From positions 1 through 47,343 of the forward strand of contig CAYJWW010000004.1 of NCBI GenBank assembly GCA_964374065.1: a stretch of 47,343 nt of DNA. The letters are read 5' to 3'. Position 1 is the first letter of the stretch; each line of letters opens with the position of its first letter. Under the pieces are notes generated by a model. It had not been told where the DNA came from and searched no databases. It saw only the letters and a list, made by a program, of their open reading frames with translations. Position numbers and translations under genes: made by a program. This document shows positions 19,296 through 28,617 of this stretch, one piece after another. The DNA is from an uncultured Candidatus Saccharibacteria bacterium (GTDB lineage: Bacteria; Patescibacteriota; Minisyncoccia; UBA6257; 2-01-FULL-56-20).

Positions 19296-20158
19296 TCATG
19301 GAACCGTTGCACGAAAAAAAACTGCAATTCATCGAGGAGATGGCGAACCGGCTGCGCCGGGACGTGATCGAAATGGTGAAGACAGCCGGTTCCGGCCATA
19401 TCGCCGGACCGTTGGATATGGCGGATATTTTCGCCTCCCTCTATTTTCACGTATTGCAGCATGATCCCAAGAAGCCGGATTGGCCCGACCGCGACCGGGT
19501 CGTGCTCTCAAACGGGCACATTTGCCCCATCCTCTATGCAACGCTCGCCCGCGCGGGATATTTCCCGGTCGAAGAGCTGAAGACGCTTCGGAAGTTCGGC
19601 TCCCGCCTTCAGGGGCATCCGGAGCGAAATGCGCTTCCGGGAGTGGAGACCACCTCCGGGCCTTTGGGCTCCGGCCTTTCGCAGGCGTGCGGCATGGCTC
19701 TTGCCGCGCGGCTTGACGGAAAGAAACGCCGAATCTATTGTCTTATGTCCGATGCGGAGCATCAGGAAGGGAACCTATGGGAGGCGGCGATGTTCGCGGG
19801 GAAGTACCGGCTGAACAACGTGACCGCCGTTATAGACAGGAACAATATCCAAATCGACGGGTTCACCGAGAATGTAATGCCGCTCGAGCCCTTGCGTCAG
19901 AAATATGAAGCGTTCAATTGGCATGTGCTCGAAGTCGATGGGCACAGCCCGGCGGATTTTGTTGCCGCTGTCGCCGAAGCGCACGCGATTTACGAAAAGC
20001 CGACCGCGATCATCGCGCATACGATCGCGGGCAAGGGAGTGAAGTTCATAGAGCGGGATTATCTGTGGCACTCGAAGCCCTTCAAGCCCGGAGAAGCGGA
20101 AAAGGCGCTTGCGGAACTCCGTACGCTTCAGGGGAAGATCGAATCAGAACACCAATAA
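19292..20158 (+). CDS. transketolase, N-terminal (TPP-binding) subunit
   Basis: Internal ATG at 19292 overlaps the rpe stop. ...GSGHIAGPLDMADIF...LSNGH...RLQGHPE...SGPLGSGL are N-terminal transketolase motifs. The track ORF upstream part is out-of-context. Confidence 0.88.
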   Translation: MIMEPLHEKKLQFIEEMANRLRRDVIEMVKTAGSGHIAGPLDMADIFASLYFHVLQHDPKKPDWPDRDRVVLSNGHICPILYATLARAGYFPVEELKTLRKFGSRLQGHPERNALPGVETTSGPLGSGLSQACGMALAARLDGKKRRIYCLMSDAEHQEGNLWEAAMFAGKYRLNNVTAVIDRNNIQIDGFTENVMPLEPLRQKYEAFNWHVLEVDGHSPADFVAAVAEAHAIYEKPTAIIAHTIAGKGVKFIERDYLWHSKPFKPGEAEKALAELRTLQGKIESEHQ

Positions 20159-20195
20159 GTCGAGAAAAAAAGTGAATGGAAGGTCAATAGAAACG

Positions 20196-21155
20196 ATGAC
20201 AGACCAACCGCCCGCACAGGCACCAGCGCAAGCCCCGAAAAGTTCCCCGAAGGACGTCTTTCTCCACCTCTTTGCCATCGGCGCGCTCTATTTTTGCGCG
20301 GGGAGCATTATTGCGCTCGCGTTCTACTATATTGAGGCGGCATTTCCGGATCCGCTGGAATATTCATACCGTCCCGAGAGCCGCATCCGTTGGTCGCTCG
20401 CGCTCTTAACCGTGGTTTTCCCGGCCTATCTGTGGGTTTCCCGTTTTCTCTTTAAGGATCGAGCGGCGAGTCCGGAAAAGAACGAGCTTCGCGTCAGGAA
20501 ATGGCTGGCGTATCTTACGCTGTTCCTCGCCGCGCTTCTCATCATCGGCGACCTTGTTGCGCTTCTCTACAACTTCCTTGAAGGCGAGCTCACCTCGCGA
20601 TTCCTCCTAAAGGTGCTCGCGGTATTCGCGGTGGCGCTTACGGTGTTCTCCTATTACCTCTACGATCTTCGCCGCGGCGCGCAGCCGTTCTCTCCGCGGG
20701 CGCGGTGGGGCATCCGCGCCGCGACCGTTGCGGTATGTATCGTGATCGTCTTCGGATTTATAAGCGCTGGTTCGCCGTTTACACAGCGACTGATCCGCTT
20801 CGACGATCGAAGGGTGAGCGATTTGAGCGAGCTTCAAAGCCGGATCGTGAACTATTGGCGGCAGAAGGGGATGCTTCCGACATCCCTCGATGATCTGAAA
20901 GACAGCATTTCCGGATTTACGCCGCCTGCGGATCCGGAGACGAAGGTTCCGTACGGATATCGCCGCACCGGTGAACTTTCGTTCGAACTGTGCGCCGTGT
21001 TCAATCTGCCCATGGAAGGCGGAAGCGAGCGAGCCCCCGTATACTACGGCGGCTTGAGCGGCAATTGGGAGCACGGATCCGGAATGACATGCTTCTCGCG
21101 CGCGATCGACCCCGAACTGTACGGTTTGCCCGAGAAACCGATGTCGCTGCCGTAA
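20196..21155 (+). CDS. hypothetical integral membrane protein (4-5 TM at the N-terminus plus a Cys-containing C-terminal domain), inserted between the two transketolase subunit genes
   Basis: 319 aa from the ATG at 20196 (the track ORF starts at 20109, overlapping the tkt-N end). Hydrophobic helices at the N-terminus. No recognisable catalytic motif. Confidence 0.55.
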   Translation: MTDQPPAQAPAQAPKSSPKDVFLHLFAIGALYFCAGSIIALAFYYIEAAFPDPLEYSYRPESRIRWSLALLTVVFPAYLWVSRFLFKDRAASPEKNELRVRKWLAYLTLFLAALLIIGDLVALLYNFLEGELTSRFLLKVLAVFAVALTVFSYYLYDLRRGAQPFSPRARWGIRAATVAVCIVIVFGFISAGSPFTQRLIRFDDRRVSDLSELQSRIVNYWRQKGMLPTSLDDLKDSISGFTPPADPETKVPYGYRRTGELSFELCAVFNLPMEGGSERAPVYYGGLSGNWEHGSGMTCFSRAIDPELYGLPEKPMSLP

Positions 21156-21194
21156 CGGCGGGAGAGTCCGTTGTGGTAGACTGAACGCATATCA

Positions 21195-22187
21195 ATGCCG
21201 CTCGTACCGGAAGCAAAACTGTCGGATAAGCTTTTTGCCGGAGATGTCGAAGAGCGCCCCACGCGCGACGGCTACGGTGAAGGGCTGGTTCAGGCCGGAG
21301 AGGAAAATCCGAACGTTGTGGCGCTGTGCGCCGATCTTGTCGAATCCACCCGCGCCGAAGCGTTCGCGAAAAAGTTTCCCGACCGGTTTTTCGAATGCGG
21401 CGTGGCGGAGCAGAATATGGCGACCGTGGCTGCGGGCTTGGGCATCTCGGGAAAGATCCCGTTCATTTCCTCATATGCGAACTTTTCGCCCGGCAGGAGC
21501 TGGGAGCAGGTGAGAACCACGATCTGCGTCAACGATTCCAACGTGAAAGTAGCCGGGCACCATGCGGGAATTTCCGTGGGACCAGATGGCGCGACGCACC
21601 AGGCGACCGAAGACATCGCCATCATGCGCGTCCTGCCGAACATGAAGGTTGTGGTGCCGTGCGATGCGGTGGAAGCGCGGAAGGCGACGGTTGCGGCGGC
21701 CCGCATCTGGGGGCCGGTGTATCTTCGTTTCGCCCGCGAGAAATCGCCGGTTATGACGACCGCAGAAACTCCGTTTACGCCGGGGAAGGCGGAAGTGTTT
21801 TGGAGGTCGCCGAAACCGGGGGTATTGCTCGTGGGGTGCGGACCGGTCCTCCACCAAGCGCTTCTTGCGGCTCGTGAATTGGAGAAGGAAAAAATCGGCA
21901 GCGTGGTTTTGAATTGCCATACGGTAAAACCAATAGACGAGGAAACCGTTTCCATGTGGGCCGGGAAAGCCGGCGCCGTAGTTTCCGTGGAAGAGCATCA
22001 AATTTTTGGAGGCCTAGGAGGGGCGTTAGCCGAGCTTCTTGCCTCGGTGAATCCGATGCCCGTCGAGTTCGTCGGTCTTCGGGACACGTACGGGAAGTCG
22101 GGCCCGCCCGCGGTGCTTGCGGCGGCATTCGGCATGACCGCGAAGGAAATCGTCCGTGCGGCAAAGAAGGCGATCAGGAGAAAGTAA
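21195..22187 (+). CDS. transketolase, C-terminal (pyrimidine-binding/C-terminal domain) subunit
   Basis: ...FFECGVAEQNM...GPDGATHQATEDIAIMRVLPNM... matches the transketolase central and C-terminal domains. Confidence 0.88.
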   Translation: MPLVPEAKLSDKLFAGDVEERPTRDGYGEGLVQAGEENPNVVALCADLVESTRAEAFAKKFPDRFFECGVAEQNMATVAAGLGISGKIPFISSYANFSPGRSWEQVRTTICVNDSNVKVAGHHAGISVGPDGATHQATEDIAIMRVLPNMKVVVPCDAVEARKATVAAARIWGPVYLRFAREKSPVMTTAETPFTPGKAEVFWRSPKPGVLLVGCGPVLHQALLAARELEKEKIGSVVLNCHTVKPIDEETVSMWAGKAGAVVSVEEHQIFGGLGGALAELLASVNPMPVEFVGLRDTYGKSGPPAVLAAAFGMTAKEIVRAAKKAIRRK

Positions 22188-22198
22188 CCGAAAAATCC

Positions 22199-23185
22199 AT
22201 GAGCTACGACTTTCTGGCGATAGGGGATATCGTGACCGATGCGTTCATCCGCCTCAAAGAGGCATCGGTGCACTGCAATATCAAAAAGGAGACATGCGAG
22301 ATATGCATGAAATTCAAGGAAAAGATTCCCTATGAAGCGGCGCATATCGTTCCCGCAGTGGGGAATAGCGCAAATGCGGCAGCGTCGGTCTCCCGGCTCG
22401 GGCTTTCGAGCGCGCTTGTGTCGAACCTTGGAGACGATCGGTACGGGACCGAGTGCATGGAAGTTCTCGTGAAGGAGGGCGTTGCCACGGAATTCATGCG
22501 CATGCATCCCGGGGCATCCACGAATTATCACTATGTGCTCTGGTACGACGATGACCGGACAATCCTGGTAAAGCACGAAGCATACGACTATGTATTGCCG
22601 GAACTCGGGGAGCCGCGATGGGTGTACCTCTCGTCGCTCGGCGAGAACACCCTTGCGTACCACAAGGACATCTCCGAGTATTTGAGGAAAAACTCGCGCT
22701 CGAAGCTGGCGTTTCAGCCGGGAACGTTCCAGATGAAATTCGGCCATGAAGCGCTTGCGGAAATCTATGAACGGACGGAAGTTTTTTTCTGCAACAAAGA
22801 GGAAGCGCAGCGCATCCTTCGCACCGACGAGCATGCGGTCGGGAAGCTGCTTCGCGCCATACAGAAGCTTGGACCCCGCATCACAGTCATCACGGACGGC
22901 AAGGCCGGCGCGTATGCGAGTGAGGGGAGAGAGGCGTGGTTCATGCCGAGCTATCCCGATCCGAAGCCGCCCTACGAGCGTACCGGAGCGGGCGACGCGT
23001 TCGCATCAACCGTCGTAGCGGCCTTGGCGCTGGACATGCCGCTTCGCGAAGCGCTCCGATGGGGGCCGGTCAACTCGATGTCCGTAGTGCAATACGTGGG
23101 GGCGAGGGAAGGGCTTCTCACGCGGGCAAGATTAGAGAGTTATTTGGAGAAAGCCCCGGCATCCTACGAACCCCAAAAATTATGA
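22199..23185 (+). CDS. pfkB-family carbohydrate/nucleoside kinase (ribokinase-like)
   Basis: 328 aa from the internal ATG. N-terminal AIGDIVTD, C-terminal TGAGDAFASTVVAAL (anion hole/GAGD motif). The track ORF upstream part overlaps the tkt-C end. Confidence 0.8.
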   Translation: MSYDFLAIGDIVTDAFIRLKEASVHCNIKKETCEICMKFKEKIPYEAAHIVPAVGNSANAAASVSRLGLSSALVSNLGDDRYGTECMEVLVKEGVATEFMRMHPGASTNYHYVLWYDDDRTILVKHEAYDYVLPELGEPRWVYLSSLGENTLAYHKDISEYLRKNSRSKLAFQPGTFQMKFGHEALAEIYERTEVFFCNKEEAQRILRTDEHAVGKLLRAIQKLGPRITVITDGKAGAYASEGREAWFMPSYPDPKPPYERTGAGDAFASTVVAALALDMPLREALRWGPVNSMSVVQYVGAREGLLTRARLESYLEKAPASYEPQKL

Positions 23186-24054
23186 GATCGCTCCGCGAGG
23201 TCATTAAGGACGCCGACGAGAAAGGAATCGCGATCGGGCACTTTAACGTCTCCGATCTTGTGACGCTGAAAGCCATCGTAGAGGTCAGCCGAGGACTCGG
23301 AATGCCAGTCATCGTGGGCGTCTCCGAGGGTGAGCGGGAATTCGTCGGTGTCGGCGAGATTGTGTCGCTTGTAATGTATTATCGGGAAAAGGAAAGGTTG
23401 CCGCTCTACCTGAACGCCGATCACACCCACTCTTTTGAAAAAGCGAAAGAAGCGATCGCGTGCGGCTTTGATGCGGTACTTTTTGACGGAGGGAGGCTGC
23501 CGTTCAGCGAGAACGCGAAAGAGACCCGCGCGGTCGTAGAATATGCTCATGCAACAGGGAGGGATATTGTGGTAGAAGGCGAATTGGGATACATCGGATC
23601 TTCTTCGGAGATGCTGAAAGAAGCGCCTCGCGGAGCGGCGATACGTTCGGAAGAATTCACCAAACCGGACGAAGCGGCGGAATTCGTAACACGCACGGGA
23701 GTCGACCTCCTCGCCCCCGCGGTGGGGAACATCCATGGCATGTTCGCGAATGCCCCCGAGCCCGCACTCGATATCCTTCGCGTTGAGGCGATCCGAGGCG
23801 CGGCAGGAGTGCCGCTTGTCCTCCACGGTGCGTCGGGGAACAGCAGGGGAGAGATACGCGCCGCTATCATGGCGGGTGTTCGGATCGTTCATATCAATAC
23901 GGAAGTGCGGCTGGCGTGGAGAGAGGGAGTGAGAGACTTCATCCGCGGGAATCCGGATGAGATCGCCCCATACAAGATCCTTCATCCTGCCGAGGAGAAG
24001 GTCCGGGCCGTTATCGAGGCGCATGTACTGAATTTTAGCGGGCGCGCCGGCTAG
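23182..24054 (+). CDS. fba: class II fructose/tagatose-bisphosphate aldolase
   Basis: MRSLREVIKDADEKGIAIGHFNV...LYLNADHTHSF...LVLHGASG are class II aldolase motifs. ATGA overlap with the pfkB gene. Confidence 0.85.
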   Translation: MRSLREVIKDADEKGIAIGHFNVSDLVTLKAIVEVSRGLGMPVIVGVSEGEREFVGVGEIVSLVMYYREKERLPLYLNADHTHSFEKAKEAIACGFDAVLFDGGRLPFSENAKETRAVVEYAHATGRDIVVEGELGYIGSSSEMLKEAPRGAAIRSEEFTKPDEAAEFVTRTGVDLLAPAVGNIHGMFANAPEPALDILRVEAIRGAAGVPLVLHGASGNSRGEIRAAIMAGVRIVHINTEVRLAWREGVRDFIRGNPDEIAPYKILHPAEEKVRAVIEAHVLNFSGRAG

Positions 24055-24095
24055 GCGATTGCTAAAAAAAGCCGGTTTTGTTATGCTGGCTCCCT

Positions 24096-24752
24096 ATGGA
24101 ACTCGCGGTAAAGACACGGGAGATGATGGGGAAATCGGTCAAGGCTTTGCGGGCGCAAGGCATTATTCCTGCAGAACTGTACGGGCGGGGCATTCCAAAT
24201 GTCCATCTTGCGGTAGGGGAGCGGGAATTCGCCAAGGTTTTCAGCGAGGCCGGGGAGAACACCGTTATTCAGTTGGTGGCAGAAGAAGGCAAGCTCCCCG
24301 CCATCGTTCACGACGTTCAAAGGGACCCGATTTCGCTCAAAGTGCGGCATATCGATTTCTATCAGGTGCGGATGGATGAGAAGATAAAGGCATATATTCC
24401 CATCGAGTTCGCCGGCGAAGCTCCCGCGGTCAAAAGCGCAGGCGGCATTCTAAATAAGACTCTCTTTGAAATAGAAGTTGAAGCGTTGCCCGGCGACCTG
24501 CCTCACCGCATCCCCGTGGACCTCGCCGTGCTTCAGGAGGTGGACCAGAGTATTTACATAAAGGACATCGCGGTACCGAAAGGAGTTCACGTGATCGTTG
24601 ATCCCGAGACGGTGGTTGTGACCGTAACTCCGCAACTCAAGGAGGAGGAGCCTCAACCGGCCGCTGTCGACGTTTCCGCGGTCAAAGTCGAGACGGAAGA
24701 GAAAAAAGCGGATCGGGAGAAAGAGAAAACAGAATCGGAGCCGGCAGGATAA
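24096..24752 (+). CDS. rplY: 50S ribosomal protein L25 / general stress protein Ctc
   Basis: MELAVKTREMMGKSVKALRAQGIIPAELYG is the L25 N-domain. There is a C-terminal Ctc-type extension with an acidic tail. Confidence 0.85.
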   Translation: MELAVKTREMMGKSVKALRAQGIIPAELYGRGIPNVHLAVGEREFAKVFSEAGENTVIQLVAEEGKLPAIVHDVQRDPISLKVRHIDFYQVRMDEKIKAYIPIEFAGEAPAVKSAGGILNKTLFEIEVEALPGDLPHRIPVDLAVLQEVDQSIYIKDIAVPKGVHVIVDPETVVVTVTPQLKEEEPQPAAVDVSAVKVETEEKKADREKEKTESEPAG

Positions 24753-24796
24753 CGAGGGAGGCAGAACCCCGTTTTCCATAATCAGAGTCACGCGCG

Positions 24797-26218
24797 ATGC
24801 CACCGAAGCCCCAAATACTCGCGGACATCAAATCCGCAAAAAAGAACCTTTTTCGTTCCGTTTCGCGCCGCGTTAATCTATATAGTTCTGATGTGATAAC
24901 GGTTCCCGTGATAAAGGCGTGTAAGGGCGCGTTCCTTTTTTGCGCGGCATGGATGCTCGTGCTTGGTTCCGCGGCGGCGCCGACATACGTTGAAACGTTC
25001 GCGGCAGGCGTGATAGACGAAAACGAGCGCCAACAACTCGAAATCCAGCTCCGCGAACTCGAGACTCAGATAGATCAATACGAAGATCAGGTGCAAAGTT
25101 ATCAGAAACAGGGTTCCACGCTAAAAGGCGAAATCTCGCGCTTAAACAGCAAGATTGCAAAATTAAATCTTCAGATCCAGGCGATTAACTTGACGCTCAC
25201 CCAGCTCGACAGAAAGATAGGAGAAACCGAAGTGCAAATCGCGGCTACCGAAACTTCGCTCGCCGAGAAACGGGAGGCGCTCGCCACGCTTGTCAGGAAT
25301 ATCTACCAGGCCGACCGCGTGAACCTCGTGGAAATTTTTTTGAAGAATCCGAAACTCTCCGATTTCTTCGGGGACCTCAACAATATCATGCTTCTACAGG
25401 GCGAGTTGCGCGTTACGATCGAAAAAATAGCAGGCCTGCGCGATGAACTTACGGATCAGAAAGAGCAATATGCGCTCGCACGGGCCGACGCGCAGACGCT
25501 CCAAGATTATCAGGCGGCGCAGCGCAAGGAAAACGATTCCGCAAAAAAGCAGAAGAGCCAGTTGCTGGCCGTAACGAAAGGACAGGAGGTAAAATACCAA
25601 GCGCTCCTGAAGCAGACGCAAGCGACGGCGGCGCAGATCCGGAACCGCATTTTCCAATTGCTCGGCGGCGGACAGTTAAGTTTCGAACAAGCGTACGAGT
25701 ACGCCAAGTTCGCCTCGAATGTATCGGGCGTGAGGCCGGCGCTTATCCTCGCGGTTCTTGACAGGGAGTCCGCGCTGGGGAGAAACGTTGGGAAGTGCAG
25801 CTATAAGACTGCAATGAGTCCCAAGAACCAGGAGATCTACCTCCGGATCGTGGCGGAACTGGGGATCGCGCCCGATACGGTATACGTTTCATGCCCCAAC
25901 GCGGACGGCGTCTACGGCGGCGCAATGGGCCCCGCGCAATTCATTCCTTCCACATGGGAAACGTATAAAGCTCAAATTGCCAAAGTTACCGGCAACAATT
26001 CTCCGTCGCCGTGGAATAACGGCGATGCGTTCGTCGCGACCGCCCTCTATCTCCGCGACGCCGGAGCCGCGAATACCTCGAGCGTTGCGAAAGAGCGCGA
26101 GGCGGCCGCCAAGTATTATGCCGGCGGGAGGTGGCGAGGCTATTTATGGACATACGGCGAAGCCGTGGTGAGCCGGGCAAGTTCATTCCAGCGCGATATC
26201 GATACGATTACGGGATAA
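24797..26218 (+). CDS. coiled-coil protein with a C-terminal MltB-like lytic transglycosylase domain (start codon uncertain)
   Basis: Hydrophobic N-terminal segment, ~250 aa of heptad-rich coiled coil, and a C-terminal GAMGPAQFIPSTWETY motif as in MltB/SLT_2 lytic transglycosylases. Confidence 0.7.
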   Translation: MPPKPQILADIKSAKKNLFRSVSRRVNLYSSDVITVPVIKACKGAFLFCAAWMLVLGSAAAPTYVETFAAGVIDENERQQLEIQLRELETQIDQYEDQVQSYQKQGSTLKGEISRLNSKIAKLNLQIQAINLTLTQLDRKIGETEVQIAATETSLAEKREALATLVRNIYQADRVNLVEIFLKNPKLSDFFGDLNNIMLLQGELRVTIEKIAGLRDELTDQKEQYALARADAQTLQDYQAAQRKENDSAKKQKSQLLAVTKGQEVKYQALLKQTQATAAQIRNRIFQLLGGGQLSFEQAYEYAKFASNVSGVRPALILAVLDRESALGRNVGKCSYKTAMSPKNQEIYLRIVAELGIAPDTVYVSCPNADGVYGGAMGPAQFIPSTWETYKAQIAKVTGNNSPSPWNNGDAFVATALYLRDAGAANTSSVAKEREAAAKYYAGGRWRGYLWTYGEAVVSRASSFQRDIDTITG

Positions 26219-26226
26219 GATAAATT

Positions 26227-27492
26227 ATGTTCAAGAAACTCATTCTTTCCAACGGTCTCCGCGTGGTTCTTGCGCCGCAGCCCGGAGGGCTTGCGGCAAC
26301 GGTGCTCGTGCTTGTGGAGGCGGGCTCGGAATACGAGACGAAATCGGTGAACGGCATATCCCATTTCCTTGAGCACCTTGTGTTCAAAGGGACCGAGCGG
26401 CGCCCGAAACCGGGGATGATCTCCCAGGAACTCGATGCGCTGGGCGCGGAATACAATGCATTCACGTCCCAAGAATACACGGGATATTGGGCGAAGGCGG
26501 AGCGGAGTAAAACCCCGAATATCCTGGAGCTCGTTTCCGACTTCTATCTCCACCCGATCTTCGACGAGAAGGAGATCGATAAGGAGCGAGGGGTCATTAT
26601 CGAGGAGATTAATATGTACGAAGATACCCCGATGCGGAGAGTGCAGGAGCTTTTTATGACTCTCCTTTACGGGGACCAGCCTGCGGGGTGGGATATCGCC
26701 GGGAGGAAAGAGATTATACGGCGGTTGAAGCGGGATGATTTCATTCAATACCGCTCGAGCCGGTATCTTGCTCCCGGAACCGCGGTCATCGTAGCGGGTT
26801 CTTTTAATGAGAGGAGCGTGATCTCCCAAATAAAAGGGTTATGGAGCGGACTTCCGAAGCGGAAGGCGTCTCCGAAACCGAAAACCGTCGAGACGCAACG
26901 GCATCCTCGAGTTCTGGTGAAGTGGAAAGATTCCGACCAGGCCCACCTTGTGTTGGGTATGAGAGCCTTCTCCGTATTTGATAAGCGCCGGTATGCGCTT
27001 CAGGTGCTGTCGGAGGTCTTAGGAGGAGGAATGAGCTCGCGCCTTTTTCATCGCGTCAGAGAAGAACTCGGCGCCGCGTACTATGTCCGGTCGGCCGCCG
27101 ATCTCTTTCTTGACCACGGATTTCTGGAAATTTCCGCGGGGGTGGACACGAACCGGATCCATGTGGTGATTGAGGCTCTCCTAGACGAGCTTCGGAGGCT
27201 TGCCCGAGACCTGGTTCCGGCCGCGGAGTTGCAGAAATCAAAGGATCACATGATCGGAACCCTTATGCTTGCGCTGGAAACTTCGGACCAGATAGCCAGC
27301 TTTTACGGTGGCCAAGAAATCACTACGGGCACGCTGGTCGGCCCGGAGAGCCTTATCCGGCGCATCCGGCGGGTCCGGGCAGAGGATATCCGGGCAGTCG
27401 CCCGTTCGTGCGTTAAGGACGACAAGCTCAATCTTGCCGTCATCGGTCCCCATAAGAAAGAAGAAACTTTCCGCAAGATACTCGCGTTCTAG
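26227..27492 (+). CDS. M16-family zinc peptidase (insulinase/pitrilysin-like)
   Basis: Inverted zinc motif HFLEH near the N-terminus. 421 aa. Confidence 0.85.
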   Translation: MFKKLILSNGLRVVLAPQPGGLAATVLVLVEAGSEYETKSVNGISHFLEHLVFKGTERRPKPGMISQELDALGAEYNAFTSQEYTGYWAKAERSKTPNILELVSDFYLHPIFDEKEIDKERGVIIEEINMYEDTPMRRVQELFMTLLYGDQPAGWDIAGRKEIIRRLKRDDFIQYRSSRYLAPGTAVIVAGSFNERSVISQIKGLWSGLPKRKASPKPKTVETQRHPRVLVKWKDSDQAHLVLGMRAFSVFDKRRYALQVLSEVLGGGMSSRLFHRVREELGAAYYVRSAADLFLDHGFLEISAGVDTNRIHVVIEALLDELRRLARDLVPAAELQKSKDHMIGTLMLALETSDQIASFYGGQEITTGTLVGPESLIRRIRRVRAEDIRAVARSCVKDDKLNLAVIGPHKKEETFRKILAF

Positions 27493-27597
27493 TAACAGGA
27501 GGCGCGGTTGTTCGTCCCCATCGCAAGGAGTATAACTAGGGCATAGTCATCGCGCGGCGTTCCCTGGTCATAGGCGAGTCGAATTCTACCATCAGAT

Positions 27598-28614
27598 ATG
27601 CAGAGACAAGCGCTCGAAATCTCGTGGGTGAGCCTCTGGCGAGTGCTGTTTTTTGTGGTCTTTGCGATCCTCCTCTATACCGGCAGGAACGTGCTCTTGG
27701 GGCTTTTCCTCGCGATCGTCATCTCTTCGGGCTTCGAGGCGATGGTGAACTTCTTGGAACGCCGCGGCTTGCCCCGAGTGCTCGGCGTCATATTGGTGTT
27801 CCTTGTAAGCGCCTTTATTGTGGTACTCACGGTCTATACCGCGATCCCTTTGATCGTCATTGACCTGAATACGATACTTGTAAGCATCGATGAGCTTGCG
27901 AACACGACGCCCCTCGGCCCCTTGATCGGTCCGGAAACCACCCGATCGTTAGGGGAATATGTAAACCGCCTTTCCATGCAATTTTTTGCGACCGGAAGGT
28001 CTCCGATCGTTGCATTTTCGGATATCGTTGGCGGACTGGTGCTCGCGGCATCAATTATTATGAGTTCGTTCTATTTAAGCCTTACCCCCGACGGAGTCGA
28101 GCGTTTCATCCGGGCGATCTTCCCCGCCACCCATGAGGAGATGGCGCTCCGGATCTACGAGCGGACCCGCAAACGCATCGGGCTATGGTTCCGCAGCCAG
28201 ATACTATTAAGCGCGATCATCGCCATTCTCGTGTTCGGCGCGCTGTTTTTCCTGGGCGTGAGGCACGCGTTTCTTCTTGCCGTGCTCGCCGGCATATTCG
28301 AGCTCATCCCGTTTCTGGGGCCGATCCTCGCCGGCGCCGCTGCGGTCCTTTCCGCGCTTATCACCTCCCCGTCCTTGGCATTCGTTACGCTCATCGTGTT
28401 CCTTTTCATTCACCAAGTGGAGAATCACCTGCTCGTGCCGGTCTTAGTCGGGCGGAAGGTGGGGCTTCACCCGGTGACCGTGATCGTCGCGCTTTTGATC
28501 GGAGTGGAAGCCGGAGGCATGCTCGGTATTCTCATTTCTGTTCCCGCAGTCGTGCTGCTTCAGGAAATCATGGAAGATTTCTCTCCCAAGCGGCACATGC
28601 CGCAGACGGCCTAA
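27598..28614 (+). CDS. AI-2E family transporter (PerM/UPF0118)
   Basis: 338 aa, multi-TM, ...LAGIFELIPFLGPILAGAAAV... typical of AI-2E. Confidence 0.8.
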   Translation: MQRQALEISWVSLWRVLFFVVFAILLYTGRNVLLGLFLAIVISSGFEAMVNFLERRGLPRVLGVILVFLVSAFIVVLTVYTAIPLIVIDLNTILVSIDELANTTPLGPLIGPETTRSLGEYVNRLSMQFFATGRSPIVAFSDIVGGLVLAASIIMSSFYLSLTPDGVERFIRAIFPATHEEMALRIYERTRKRIGLWFRSQILLSAIIAILVFGALFFLGVRHAFLLAVLAGIFELIPFLGPILAGAAAVLSALITSPSLAFVTLIVFLFIHQVENHLLVPVLVGRKVGLHPVTVIVALLIGVEAGGMLGILISVPAVVLLQEIMEDFSPKRHMPQTA

Positions 28615-28617
28615 CGC

